Origin: Mobula hypostoma
Taxonomy: Eukaryota
Direction: 5' to 3'
DNA length: 64,000 nt
Assembly (NCBI RefSeq): GCF_963921235.1
Contig: NC_086097.1
Span: 59,832,001-59,896,000 of the forward strand
Part shown: positions 37,981 through 51,136 of the stretch, one piece after another
How the letters are laid out: each line of letters opens with the position of its first letter
Position numbering within the stretch: the first letter of the stretch is position 1
Made by a program: the position numbers and the translations under genes
Notes under the pieces: generated by a model
The model's input: the letters and a program-made list of their open reading frames with translations, nothing else
What the model was told of the DNA's origin: nothing
Databases searched by the model: none

Positions 37981-39580
37981 AGTCATAGTCATAGTCATAG
38001 TCATACTTTATTGATCCCGGGGGAAATTGGTTTTCATTACAGTTGCACTATAAGTAATAAATAGTAATAGAACCATAAGTAGTTAAATAGTAATATGTAA
38101 ATTATGCCAGTAAATTATGAAATAAGTCCAGGACCAGCCTATCGGCTCAGGGTGTCTGACCCTCCAAGGGAGGAGTTGTAAAGTTTGATGGCCACAGGCA
38201 GGAATGACTTCCTATGACGCTCTGTGCTGCATCTCGGTGAAATGAGTCTCTGGCTGAATGTACTCCTGTGCCCACCCAGTACATTATGTAGTCGATGGGA
38301 GACATTGACCAAGATGGCATGCAACTTAGACAGCATCCTCTTTTCAGACACCACCGTCAGAGAATCCAGTTCCATCCCCACAACATCACTGGCCTTACGA
38401 ATGAGTTTGTTGATTCTGTTCGTGTCTGCTACCCTCAGCCTGCTGCCCCAGCACACAACAGCAAACATGATAGCACTGGCCACCACAGGCTCGTAGAACA
38501 TCCTCAGCATTGTCGGGCGGATGTTAAAGGACCTCAGTCTCCTCAGGAAATAGAGATGGCTCTGACCCTTCTTGTAGACAGCCTCAGTGTTCTTAGACCA
38601 GTCCAGTTTATTGTCAATTTGCATCCCCAGGTATTTGTAATCCTCCACCATGTCCACACTGACCCCCTAGATGGAAACAGGGGTCACCGGTACCTTAGCT
38701 CTCCTCAGGTCTACCACCAGCTCCTTAGTCTTTTTCACATTAAGCTGCAGATATTTCTGCTCACACCATGTGACAAAGTTTCCTACCGTAGCCCTGTACT
38801 TAGCCTCATCTCCCTTGCTGATGTATCCAACTATGGCAGAGTCATCAGAAAACTTCTGAAGATGATAAGACTCTGTGCAGTAGTTGAAGTCTGAGGTGTA
38901 AATGGTGAAGAGAAAGGGAGACAAGACAGTCCCCTGTGGAGCCCCAGTGCTGCTGATCACTCTGTCAGACACACAGTGTTGCAAGCACATGTACTGTGGT
39001 CTGCCAGTCAGGTAATCAAGAATTCATGATACCAGGGAAGCATCCACCTGCATCGCTGTCAGCTTCTCCCCCAGCAGAGCAGGGCAGATGGTGTTGAACG
39101 CACTGGAGAAGCCAAAAAACATGACCCTCACAGTGCTCGCTGGCTTGTCCAGGTGGGCGTAGACACGGTTCAGCAGATAGACGATGGCATCCTCAACTCC
39201 TAGTCGGGGCTGGTAGGCGAACTGGAGGGGATCTAAGTGTGGTCTGGCCATAGGCTGGAGCAGCTCCAGAACAAGTCTTTCCAGGGTCTTCATGATGAGG
39301 GAGGTCAATGCCACCGGTCTGTAGTCATTGAGGCCACTGGAGCGTGGTGTCTTCGGCACAGGGATAAGGCACGACGTCTTCCACAGTACAGGAACCCTCC
39401 GGAGCCTCAGGCTCATGTTGAATACATGGTGAAGTTCTCCACATAGCTGAGGGGTACAGGCTTTGAGCACCCTGGTACTGACACCATCCAGTCCTGCAGC
39501 CTTGCTTGGGTTGAGATGTTTCAGCTGTCTTCTCACCTGTTCAGCCGTGAAGCCCACCGTGGTGGTTTTGTGTGGAGGAG
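37981..39580 (-). mobile_element. Rex1/Babar LINE, 5'-truncated RT
   Basis: DYRPVALTS, DPLQFAYQ, FSSAFNTI, TGAPQGTVLSPFLF, KFSDD, YKYLG; (ATGACT)n tail; possible TSD gatgagta. Confidence 0.9.
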
Positions 39581-41469
39581 TAAGGGGATGAGTAAGGGGA
39601 TGGATTGCTCTGTAAGCTGGAATCATTAGTCTAATTGGCTGCCTTTTAAGTCTCAAGGACATGTAGCAATGTGAACTCTTCACTGCTAGCTGCAGTTGAT
39701 ATCTCTGAAAGTTTCAAAGGTTCAAAGGTTCATTTATCAAAGTATGCATGTACAATACAACTCTGCTATTTGTCTTCTCCAGATGGCCATGAAATATAGA
39801 AAAACCGTGGTGATTGATGAAAGAAAAGGCATAACCCCCCCACATGAAAAAGAGAAAGAAAAGGAAACAAAACTCGCAAACCCAAACCCCACACCTTGAA
39901 CAAAAAAATAACAGATTGCCCACACAGGAAACGGCAGCTAGAACATCAAAAACATGAAACCTCCAACCCCCCCACCCTCACACAAAAGGTAATAGACTGC
40001 CCACACAGAAAAACGCCAATAAGAACATCCAATCCCAAATCCCCATCCCCTCTCTCACAAGAAGTAACATATTGCCAACCTGGCAAATCAGCAATAATGT
40101 AAAAAACACACAGAAAAATGAAGGAGACCATTATAAACTACAGTCCAATAATCACATTAATCTCAGAATTTTGTAAGCATTCATTAGCATTGAGGGGAGC
40201 AGCTACATGAACTCATTCCTTCGGTGAAGAGTGACTGCCACCTCCTCCTCATTCACCTTGAAGCTTCAGTCGATCTTGACACTCTGAAATAGAGTCAATC
40301 ATGGCCACGATCCCTGACTCTGGTCTTCTCCATAAGGCAGCTCCTACTCTCGGTCATCTCAGCGTACAGCGGAGTGCTAGATCATTCCATTGAATTCCAA
40401 ACTGCGCATCACAGTTTGCAACCATTTCCAAAACACAATCAAGACAAAATTAATAAGCAGAAGATGGAGAGAAAGTGAATTAATTGAAGAGATTGTCTAC
40501 CTGGAATATGTTGCCTCAGGAATGATTGTTCACTAGCGCTATCTTGGCCAATATTCATGCCATGTATGAATATTCAGAAGGGCCATTTTCATCATGATAC
40601 CCCTCCATATATTAAACGATTTGTCTAAGTTAACTCAGAATCTGAAATAACATACGCTGAGAGGTAAAGAGAGAATTTAAAAAATAATCTGGAGGTCTGA
40701 GACGCAGAATGTAACAGTGTCTGGAAATTGAAGACAAAAAGAACTCTAGATATATCTAGCAGACTTGATAGCATCTGTGCAGAGAGAGAAAGAAAAACTG
40801 ATCGAATGTTATTTGTGCATGACCTAACATCAATACTGACTAGTTGTGATGCAAATACAAAAGCCTGATTATTTGTAATTATTGATTTCAATATTGAGAC
40901 CTAAAGGCTTCCTTGTGGCCAAAGGGAAGATAATCAAATGTTTCTTGAGCTTACATTAGGTTTCATTGCAATCATGTTTGGGACAAAAGACAGAGAGTTC
41001 AAAATAGGATCTGGATGGAGAATTAAATTCATCGGCTCTGGGTTAACCCTGCTGATTGAATGGAGGTGTTTTGCAAATTAATCTTTGGTAACAACATGCA
41101 TCTCCATATCACTAAAGCACTACACTAAGTGCAAGTGTACTGATAATTCAACTAGACAAGTGGCTTGAATCCTTGAGGTAATCCCTAACAAGGGGCAGTG
41201 AGGTAAAAGGTCAGGTATGGTAATTCATGTGGTTGCATGAGAAACTGCTCTAAGAAACAGAGTGAAAGTTGGTAAAGGAGCAATATCAAAACAAGGAGGA
41301 ACCGAGGAAGCAGTTTGTTTGAAAGGGAAGAAGAAGAAGGTAAGTCCATTGATCAAATCTCATTGAATCTACAAAGTAAGGGCTGATATTAGTTAAATGT
41401 GTCAATATTGACACAGTTGGGAAAGCAGAGACCACAAGTTCTAGGGAAGAGCTTGATTCTAATTTTCTT

Positions 41470-41917
41470 AAGCACGAGGAATTCTGCAGATGCTGGAAAT
41501 TCAAGTAACACACATCAAAGTTGCTGGTGAATGCAGCAGGCCAGGCAGCATCTCTAGGAAGAGGTACAGTCGACGTTTTGGGCCGAGACCCTTTGTCAGG
41601 ACTAACCGAAGGAAGAGCTAGTAAGAGATTTAAAAGTGGCGGGGGAGGGGGAGATCCAAAATGATAGGAGAAGACAGGAGGGGGAGGGATGGAACCAAGA
41701 GCTGGACAGATGATTGACAAAAGGGATATGAGAGGATCATGGGACAGGAGGCCCAGGGAGAAGGAAAAGTGGGGGGGGGCCCAGAGGATGGGCAAGGGGT
41801 AGTCAGATATACACACATTCTTTCTCTCTCTCTCCTTTTTCTCCCTCTGTCCCTCTGACTACCCCTTGCCCATCCTCTGGGTTTTTTCAAAAACTTCAAA
41901 AACTTTGATGTGTGTTG
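41470..41917 (-). mobile_element. Penelope-derived terminal-repeat fragment with decayed hammerhead and short inversions (duplicated at about 46667-47115)
   Basis: Minus strand tagtcCTGACAAagggtctcggcccAAAACGTCgactg at 41567-41604; TSD ttctaa(t/c)tttctt; 28-bp inverted repeat 41780-41807/41854-41881. Confidence 0.75.
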
Positions 41918-41940
41918 TTCTAACTTTCTTGTTATTTATA

Positions 41941-42627
41941 AGGAGGGAGGAGAAGATGGTGACACAACGCAGCGCCCACAGCCTCTCCGGTGAAATGAAC
42001 TAGTATTTGTTAAATAGGGGCCATGCACAATCCTGATTTGATGGAGACAGACGTGAAAAGCATGAAGAAACATCTGGAGAAACTTCTGAAATGCCCGGTT
42101 CGCTGCCGCTGCTACTGTGCGATCGAGAATCTCCGGAGGGAAAGCCCCAAATCCTCGGCTTAGTCTGTTGCTGGCGGCCGGGGCTGGGGTCAAAGCGCTC
42201 GGCAGAGATGGTGCTCGGTGTCGAAGGGCTGGTTGGAGGCTCGAAGTTTTCAGACGGACTGAGAGTCGGACTGTGGTCGGGTGCTTCCAGGATGCTGCAT
42301 CGGCAAGTTTGCGGCGCGGGAAGCTCATGGCAGGGAGAGTTTTCTTCCTTCAACCATCTGCGTGAGATGATGGGACTTTCGAGAGACCTTGAGATTTTTT
42401 TTACCATGCCCATGGTCTGTTCTTCTATCAAATTACAGTATTGCTTGCACTGTTGTAACTATATGTTATAAATATGTGGTTTTTGTCAGTTTTTTTAGTC
42501 TTGGTTTGTCTTGTGTTTCTGCGATATCATTCTGGAGGAACAAATTGTATCATTTCTTAACGTATGCATTACTAAATGACAATAAAAGAGGACTGCGTGT
42601 CCTCATAATCTAATCTAATCTAATCTA
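41941..42627 (+). mobile_element. SINE-like element, chimeric copy B
   Basis: 5' part identical to copy C, 3' part identical to copy A. Confidence 0.85.
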
Positions 42628-43165
42628 ACTGTTAAGTGATCGTGCCGCACAAGGTTATCAGCTGGAGTTCTGTTAGATTGATCCTGAGCCATGAATTGAA
42701 ATGCATGATAGCTACAAATTTTGAATTCAAGCAATTGAACATATCTAGGATTTCATTTTATAGTATTTTTCTCAGTAATTTTGGCCTTGCAAATTGCACT
42801 AGGTTGTTGCAAGAATGTATCTGGTTCACTGTGGATAGGACTGAGTACACCAGGGTATTGACAAGGAGGAGAACAGTTCTGAGCACATACATTAAAAATT
42901 TGCTCAATCAGTCCATGTACTCTCCCAAAGCATTCTCATCAGCTTCTCAACTGATTTCTCTGCGACCTTTTTATCTGTGCTCCTTGAATCCGCCCAGCTC
43001 TCCAATTGCACACCTACACCAGGGACAAATTAAAAGTATTCAATTATCATCTCAATTAATATTTATTTAGAATGTGGGAGGAATTTAGAGCCCCTAAGGA
43101 TTTTTACGAAGTTATGCAATTCCACTGCGATGGTAGGGTTTAGGATTGAAATGGTTTAGATGAGT

Positions 43166-44765
43166 AGTCATAGTCATAGTCATAGTCATACTTTATTGAT
43201 CCCGGGGGAAATTGGTTTTCATTACAGTTGCACTATAAGTAATAAATAGTAATAGAACCATAAGTAGTTAAATAGTAATATGTAAATTATGCCAGTAAAT
43301 TATGAAATAAGTCCAGGACCAGCCTATCGGCTCAGGGTGTCTGACCCTCCAAGGGAGGAGTTGTAAAGTTTGATGGCCACAGGCAGGAATGACTTCCTAT
43401 GACGCTCTGTGCTGCATCTCGGTGAAATGAGTCTCTGGCTGAATGTACTCCTGTGCCCACCCAGTACATTATGTAGTCGATGGGAGACATTGACCAAGAT
43501 GGCATGCAACTTAGACAGCATCCTCTTTTCAGACACCACCGTCAGAGAATCCAGTTCCATCCCCACAACATCACTGGCCTTACGAATGAGTTTGTTGATT
43601 CTGTTCGTGTCTGCTACCCTCAGCCTGCTGCCCCAGCACACAACAGCAAACATGATAGCACTGGCCACCACAGGCTCGTAGAACATCCTCAGCATTGTCG
43701 GGCGGATGTTAAAGGACCTCAGTCTCCTCAGGAAATAGAGATGGCTCTGACCCTTCTTGTAGACAGCCTCAGTGTTCTTAGACCAGTCCAGTTTATTGTC
43801 AATTTGCATCCCCAGGTATTTGTAATCCTCCACCATGTCCACACTGACCCCCTAGATGGAAACAGGGGTCACCGGTACCTTAGCTCTCCTCAGGTCTACC
43901 ACCAGCTCCTTAGTCTTTTTCACATTAAGCTGCAGATATTTCTGCTCACACCATGTGACAAAGTTTCCTACCGTAGCCCTGTACTTAGCCTCATCTCCCT
44001 TGCTGATGTATCCAACTATGGCAGAGTCATCAGAAAACTTCTGAAGATGATAAGACTCTGTGCAGTAGTTGAAGTCTGAGGTGTAAATGGTGAAGAGAAA
44101 GGGAGACAAGACAGTCCCCTGTGGAGCCCCAGTGCTGCTGATCACTCTGTCAGACACACAGTGTTGCAAGCACATGTACTGTGGTCTGCCAGTCAGGTAA
44201 TCAAGAATTCATGATACCAGGGAAGCATCCACCTGCATCGCTGTCAGCTTCTCCCCCAGCAGAGCAGGGCAGATGGTGTTGAACGCACTGGAGAAGCCAA
44301 AAAACATGACCCTCACAGTGCTCGCTGGCTTGTCCAGGTGGGCGTAGACACGGTTCAGCAGATAGACGATGGCATCCTCAACTCCTAGTCGGGGCTGGTA
44401 GGCGAACTGGAGGGGATCTAAGTGTGGTCTGGCCATAGGCTGGAGCAGCTCCAGAACAAGTCTTTCCAGGGTCTTCATGATGAGGGAGGTCAATGCCACC
44501 GGTCTGTAGTCATTGAGGCCACTGGAGCGTGGTGTCTTCGGCACAGGGATGAGGCACGACGTCTTCCACAGTACAGGAACCCTCCGGAGCCTCAGGCTCA
44601 TGTTGAATACATGGTGAAGTTCTCCACATAGCTGAGGGGTACAGGCTTTGAGCACCCTGGTACTGACACCATCCAGTCCTGCAGCCTTGCTTGGGTTGAG
44701 ATGTTTCAGCTGTCTTCTCACCTGTTCAGCCGTGAAGCCCACCGTGGTGGTTTTGTGTGGAGGAG
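43166..44765 (-). mobile_element. Rex1/Babar LINE, duplicate copy
   Basis: Same ORFs as 37981-39580, shifted by 5185. Confidence 0.9.
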
Positions 44766-47138
44766 TAAGGGGATGAGTAAGGGGATGGATTGCTCTGTAA
44801 GCTGGAATCATTAGTCTAATTGGCTGCCTTTTAAGTCTCAAGGACATGTAGCAATGTGAACTCTTCACTGCTAGCTGCAGTTGATATCTCTGAAAGTTTC
44901 AAAGGTTCAAAGGTTCATTTATCAAAGTATGCATGTACAATACAACTCTGCTATTTGTCTTCTCCAGATGGCCATGAAATATAGAAAAACCGTGGTGATT
45001 GATGAAAGAAAAGGCATAACCCCCCCACATGAAAAAGAGAAAGAAAAGGAAACAAAACTCGCAAACCCAAACCCCACACCTTGAACAAAAAAATAACAGA
45101 TTGCCCACACAGGAAACGGCAGCTAGAACATCAAAAACATGAAACCTCCAACCCCCCCACCCTCACACAAAAGGTAATAGACTGCCCACACAGAAAAACG
45201 CCAATAAGAACATCCAATCCCAAATCCCCATCCCCTCTCTCACAAGAAGTAACATATTGCCAACCTGGCAAATCAGCAATAATGTAAAAAACACACAGAA
45301 AAATGAAGGAGACCATTATAAACTACAGTCCAATAATCACATTAATCTCAGAATTTTGTAAGCATTCATTAGCATTGAGGGGAGCAGCTACATGAACTCA
45401 TTCCTTCGGTGAAGAGTGACTGCCACCTCCTCCTCATTCACCTTGAAGCTTCAGTCGATCTTGACACTCTGAAATAGAGTCAATCATGGCCACGATCCCT
45501 GACTCTGGTCTTCTCCATAAGGCAGCTCCTACTCTCGGTCATCTCAGCGTACAGCGGAGTGCTAGATCATTCCATTGAATTCCAAACTGCGCATCACAGT
45601 TTGCAACCATTTCCAAAACACAATCAAGACAAAATTAATAAGCAGAAGATGGAGAGAAAGTGAATTAATTGAAGAGATTGTCTACCTGGAATATGTTGCC
45701 TCAGGAATGATTGTTCACTAGCGCTATCTTGGCCAATATTCATGCCATGTATGAATATTCAGAAGGGCCATTTTCATCATGATACCCCTCCATATATTAA
45801 ACGATTTGTCTAAGTTAACTCAGAATCTGAAATAACATACGCTGAGAGGTAAAGAGAGAATTTAAAAAATAATCAGACAAACGTTCTGGAGGTCTGAGAC
45901 GCAGAATGTAACAGTGTCTGGAAATTGAAGACAAAAAGAACTCTAGATATATCTAGCAGACTTGATAGCATCTGTGCAGAGAGAGAAAGAAAAACTGATC
46001 GAATGTTATTTGTGCATGACCTAACATCAATACTGACTAGTTGTGATGCAAATACAAAAGCCTGATTATTTGTAATTATTGATTTCAATATTGAGACCTA
46101 AAGGCTTCCTTGTGGCCAAAGGGAAGATAATCAAATGTTTCTTGAGCTTACATTAGGTTTCATTGCAATCATGTTTGGGACAAAAGACAGAGAGTTCAAA
46201 ATAGGATCTGGATGGAGAATTAAATTCATCGGCTCTGGGTTAACCCTGCTGATTGAATGGAGGTGTTTTGCAAATTAATCTTTGGTAACAACATGCATCT
46301 CCATATCACTAAAGCACTACACTAAGTGCAAGTGTACTGATAATTCAACTAGACAAGTGGCTTGAATCCTTGAGGTAATCCCTAACAAGGGGCAGTGAGG
46401 TAAAAGGTCAGGTATGGTAATTCATGTGGTTGCATGAGAAACTGCTCTAAGAAACAGAGTGAAAGTTGGTAAAGGAGCAATATCAAAACAAGGAGGAACC
46501 GAGGAAGCAGTTTGTTTGAAAGGGAAGAAGAAGAAGGTAAGTCCATTGATCAAATCTCATTGAATCTACAAAGTAAGGGCTGATATTAGTTAAATGTGTC
46601 AATATTGACACAGTTGGGAAAGCAGAGACCACAAGTTCTAGGGAAGAGCTTGATTCTAATTTTCTTAAGCACGAGGAATTCTGCAGATGCTGGAAATTCA
46701 AGTAACACACATCAAAGTTGCTGGTGAATGCAGCAGGCCAGGCAGCATCTCTAGGAAGAGGTACAGTCGACGTTTTGGGCCGAGACCCTTTGTCAGGACT
46801 AACCGAAGGAAGAGCTAGTAAGAGATTTAAAAGTGGCGGGGGAGGGGGAGATCCAAAATGATAGGAGAAGACAGGAGGGGGAGGGATGGAACCAAGAGCT
46901 GGACAGATGATTGACAAAAGGGATATGAGAGGATCATGGGACAGGAGGCCCAGGGAGAAGGAAAAGTGGGGGGGGGGCCCAGAGGATGGGCAAGGGGTAG
47001 TCAGATATACACACATTCTTTCTCTCTCTCTCCTTTTTCTCCCTCTGTCCCTCTGACTACCCCTTGCCCATCCTCTGGGTTTTTTCAAAAACTTCAAAAA
47101 CTTTGATGTGTGTTGTTCTAACTTTCTTGTTATTTATA

Positions 47139-47820
47139 AGGAGGGAGGAGAAGATGGTGACACAACGCAGCGCCCACAGCCTCTCCGGTGAAATGAACTA
47201 GTATTTGTTAAATAGGGGCCATGCACAATCCTGATTTGATGGAGACAGACGTGAAAAGCATGAAGAAACATCTGGAGAAACTTCTGAAATGCCCGGTTCG
47301 CTGCCGCTGCTACTGTGCGATCGAGAATCTCCGGAGGGAAAGCCCCAAATCCTCGGCTTAGTCTGTTGCTGGCGGCCGGGGCTGGGGTCAAAGCGCTCGG
47401 CAGAGATGGTGCTCGGTGTCGAAGGGCTGGTTGGAGGCTCGAAGTTTTCAGACGGACTGAGAGTCGGACTGTGGTCGGGTGCTTCCAGGATGCTGCATCG
47501 GCAAGTTTGCGGCGCGGGAAGCTCATGGCAGGGAGAGTTTTCTTCCTTCTACCGTCTGAGTGAGATGTTAGGACTTTCGAGAGACTTTGAGACTTTTTTT
47601 TACCATGCCCATGGTCTGTTCTTCTATCAAATTACAGTATTGCTTGCACTGCTGTAACTATATGTTATAATTATGTGTTTTTTGTCAGTTTTTCAGTCTT
47701 GGTCTGTCTTGTGTTTCTGTGATATCACACTGGAGGAACATTGTATCATTTCTTGATGCATGCATTACTAAATGACAATGAAAGAGGACTGCGTGTCCTC
47801 ATAATCTAATCTAATCTAAT
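47139..47820 (+). mobile_element. SINE-like element, copy C
   Basis: Same family, (TAATC)n tail. Confidence 0.75.
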
Positions 47821-48319
47821 TTATAGAAAACCTTGTATGGACTAAGTCAAATGAAGATTTAGTTCAATTCCTGAACAAAATGTAAAATCCATGGCAAAAT
47901 GGTGTCTGGCCTAAAGTTCTGAAGATCTTCTGAGGCTGACCCAGTAATATCTGGCCAACATAACACTAACATACAGGAGGATAAATACAGACTGTGAACA
48001 ATCATGTCAGTGTGGGAAGTCTTGTTGACAATCCAACAGCGAAGATCAGAGGAGATGTCTTTGAAACTCCAAAAGTAATTGCATGCAAGAAGAAAGATTT
48101 GGCATCTACAGAGAGTTAAAACAGGATGCAGGATGCGAAGCTGGGGGAATACTTCAGAGAGGTGAAATGTAACTTGCAATTAAGAGTTCATTTTTCTACA
48201 ATTCTTTATGACTTAGGAAGTGAGTACTTAATGCATTCAGTTAACATCAGCTTAGACAGTAATCCCATTCCCCCACTAGTTTTCACTATAACCTGTACGT
48301 CACTGTACTTGTGCATTTG

Positions 48320-50035
48320 GCTTTCCTTGAAGTACATAGTTCTTTGAAAGTGGCGACATAGATAGACAGGATGTGAAGAAGGTGTCTGGCCTGCGTGCCA
48401 TCATCAGTCAGGGCTATGGGTACAAGAGCTGTGACACCAAATAACAGCTGTATAAGATACTGGTGTGACTGCACGAGGAATACTATGTGAAATTCTGGTC
48501 ATACAGCTATAGAAACAATGTCATTAATCAGGAAAGGGTTTTGAAAACTTTGAAAGTACATTTATTATTAAAGAATTATAAATTATGCAACCTTGAGATT
48601 TGTTTGCTTACAGGTAGCCACAAAGCAAGAAACCTGAAAGATCTCAAATTAAAGGGAAAAAAATAAAAGACCAACACCCAAAGCACAAGAGAAAGATTTA
48701 AAAAAACACAAAATCATGCAAACAGTTGAAGCAAACAACAACATTCTGAACAAAACTGAGTTCTCAGATCTGAACCCTGGAGCAACCTAAAGTCGGGCTT
48801 GCTTATCAACTTACCATAATAGCGGCACAGAGCACCATAGCCAAAGCAGTCTTCGTAGCCTCAGCGCCACGGAGAGAGGCGTGACCATAACGGAGAGCAG
48901 GAGAAATTGGCTCTTGCCTCAGATCCCAACATCCTGTCTTTTCAGGCTATCTGGACCAAACAACAGAGCAGGAAAATGCTCTGGAGCCCTGGGGAGAGGA
49001 GTGAACATTGCAAAGAGCGAACGAAAGTGGCTCTCACCTCCGATCTGGCCCGATGTTTAAAATGTCTCAGCGGCAGATCATTCCTTGTACTAAGACCCAG
49101 AAGCTATGAAAGGCTTGGGGCCTAGACCACGCTACCCAGCGACTCACCCCAGGCCCAGATTTTGCCAAGCAGCCCAAAGTAGCTCTTGAGCTCTTCAAAT
49201 CAACTTGGCACCCAGAACGATCCAACCTTGCAACCGGGCAAGTTGCATGGACATCAAACCTCTGCCCCGACTTCTCTCAGCGCCTAGAGTAATCCAACCT
49301 CACATCCAGGCTAGATGTATGAGCATTGGAACTTCACTGCCTAGACTTCTCCTTTCCAACTGGCTCACTCCACTCTGCATCGATTATGCAAACACCATCC
49401 CGGCTCATCCCCCGAACTCATCTCGCCATCGCTCGCCACCTCACTGTTTGCAGCAATAATTTAACACAATTTACCTCACAAAAGGTGTTTTTAGTGAAGT
49501 TTTTAGTCTGATTTCCTAATTTTTTAACTACCTGTGAGCTGTTGCACACGTGTTTGGAAGCTGGAAATTTACCCTAAGATGCACAATGATGTTACCAGGA
49601 CTGGAGGACATGAGTTATAAGCAGAGATGGTTAGTTAGGGGGCTTATTTAACCGAAGCATAGGAGGCTGAGTGGTGACCTACGAGAGATGTTAAAAGTCA
49701 CAAAGGTACAAATAAGGTGAAAAGTCAGTCTTTTTTCCAAGAATAGAGAAGGCTAAAACCAAAGGACCTAGGTTTAAGGTGAGTGGGAAGTAATTTGCAA
49801 GCCAGCTTTGTGTACAGAATGTTGTGATTGTGTGGAATGAGCTGCCAGAGAAAGTTGTAAAGATTGGTACAATTACACTGGTTAAATGCCATTTGGACAG
49901 GTGCATGGATAGGAAAAATTCAGAGAGATATTGGCAAAAACAGGCAAATGAGACTAGCCCAGCTAGTCATCTTGTTTGGCATGGACAAGTTGGGCTGAAG
50001 AGACTGTTTCAATTTTGTATAACCCAGTGACTCTG
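48320..50035 (+). mobile_element. Old CR1 3' fragment split by a minus-strand non-autonomous insertion (about 48540-49550)
   Basis: Decayed CR1 motifs (ctgtataagatactggtg, ttctggtca, gtgtggaatgagctgccagag); insert begins aaagtacatttattattaaag like those at 39710 and 54530. Confidence 0.55.
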
Positions 50036-50936
50036 TGATTCTAAATCGAGCAGCCACCTTCATAAAGAACAATGTACAGAGGCCAGTTCACCTCCAATCC
50101 TGTACATTTTTGAAAAAATACAAGAAAACTAGAGCACACAGAGGAAACCCATCCAGCCACATGAAGAAAGTCCATCTCCATACTCACATTACCGTAAGAT
50201 GCACAAGTCACTGGAATGAACCCAATTCACTGGAGGTAAGAGGCAGAAGCCGTACTAGATGCATCACTAAGATAAAAGGGAGCTTAGACGAAGTAGATTC
50301 AAAATTGCTTTAATTCATAACTATATATCAATGTACTTATTTGATTGTATAACTTCATATTTGTAAAGAGAATGATGACTTGTTTGGTTTTATTACTTTT
50401 ATAAAGACTCACACAAGTGTATTGATGCGTTGGGTAATTTAAGAATCGGTTGATAGCACATGGTATTACTTGATATATAGTTTTGCCAACACCTTGCAGT
50501 TTTAGCTGAGTTACTGACTTCAATAAAGGATGTTCTATTTATATCTCTACCACTTTATTTACATATGAAAATAGCATCACAAAGAAACCTGCAGGCATTG
50601 CATTATGAACCAGTTTATTGACCTAAAAGCATGATTATAATTCATAATAATTCCAACACCACATGAAAATGTAGCTATGCAGAAAAAGTCTTTAAGTGTT
50701 AGGCATTAACAAGATAAAAAAGGAAGGTAGGATGAGAGATTTAATAGATACAATATAAATAAAACTTTTGCAATATCTGGTCTCCTGAGTAGCTAAAAGG
50801 AAAACTGCTGGTGGAGGTGATTATATACATTTTAGAAAAATAATAAAATAATCAGGAATGGCAAGCAGATGGGAATATTTTCATTACCTTCACACAGCTG
50901 TAGCTGAAAATTTACTGATAAAAATCTCTTATATAG

Positions 50937-51136
50937 GCATCAATGTTCCAAGTATGCCAGTACAATTCTACAGAAGTGAGAATGTTTTTAGACTACCTGC
51001 AACAAAATTGTGGCAACAGTGTTTGCACTGTAGTTCCGCCAATGCCGTACAGAAGCATGAGTGCTGTGGCCATGGCAGCTTTATTTGTCATCCAGCTAAG
51101 CATTCACTCAAACGCTGCCAATGATCTTTATCACAA
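50937..51136 (+). CDS. Putative host exon 1 of 4 (200 nt, phase 0-2)
   Basis: ctcttatatAG|GCA TCA ATG..CAC AA|GTgatc; ASMFQVCQYNSTEVRMFLDYLQQNCG..AANDLYH; donor is weak. Confidence 0.6.

Larger units (their letters stand above)
37151..47533 (+). repeat. Tandem duplication of a 5.19-kb unit (37151-42335 and 42336-47533)
   Basis: Identical ORF sets offset by 5185, later 5198; differences seen: one substitution (39366/44551), a 12-bp indel near 45874, one G-run length. Confidence 0.97.
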
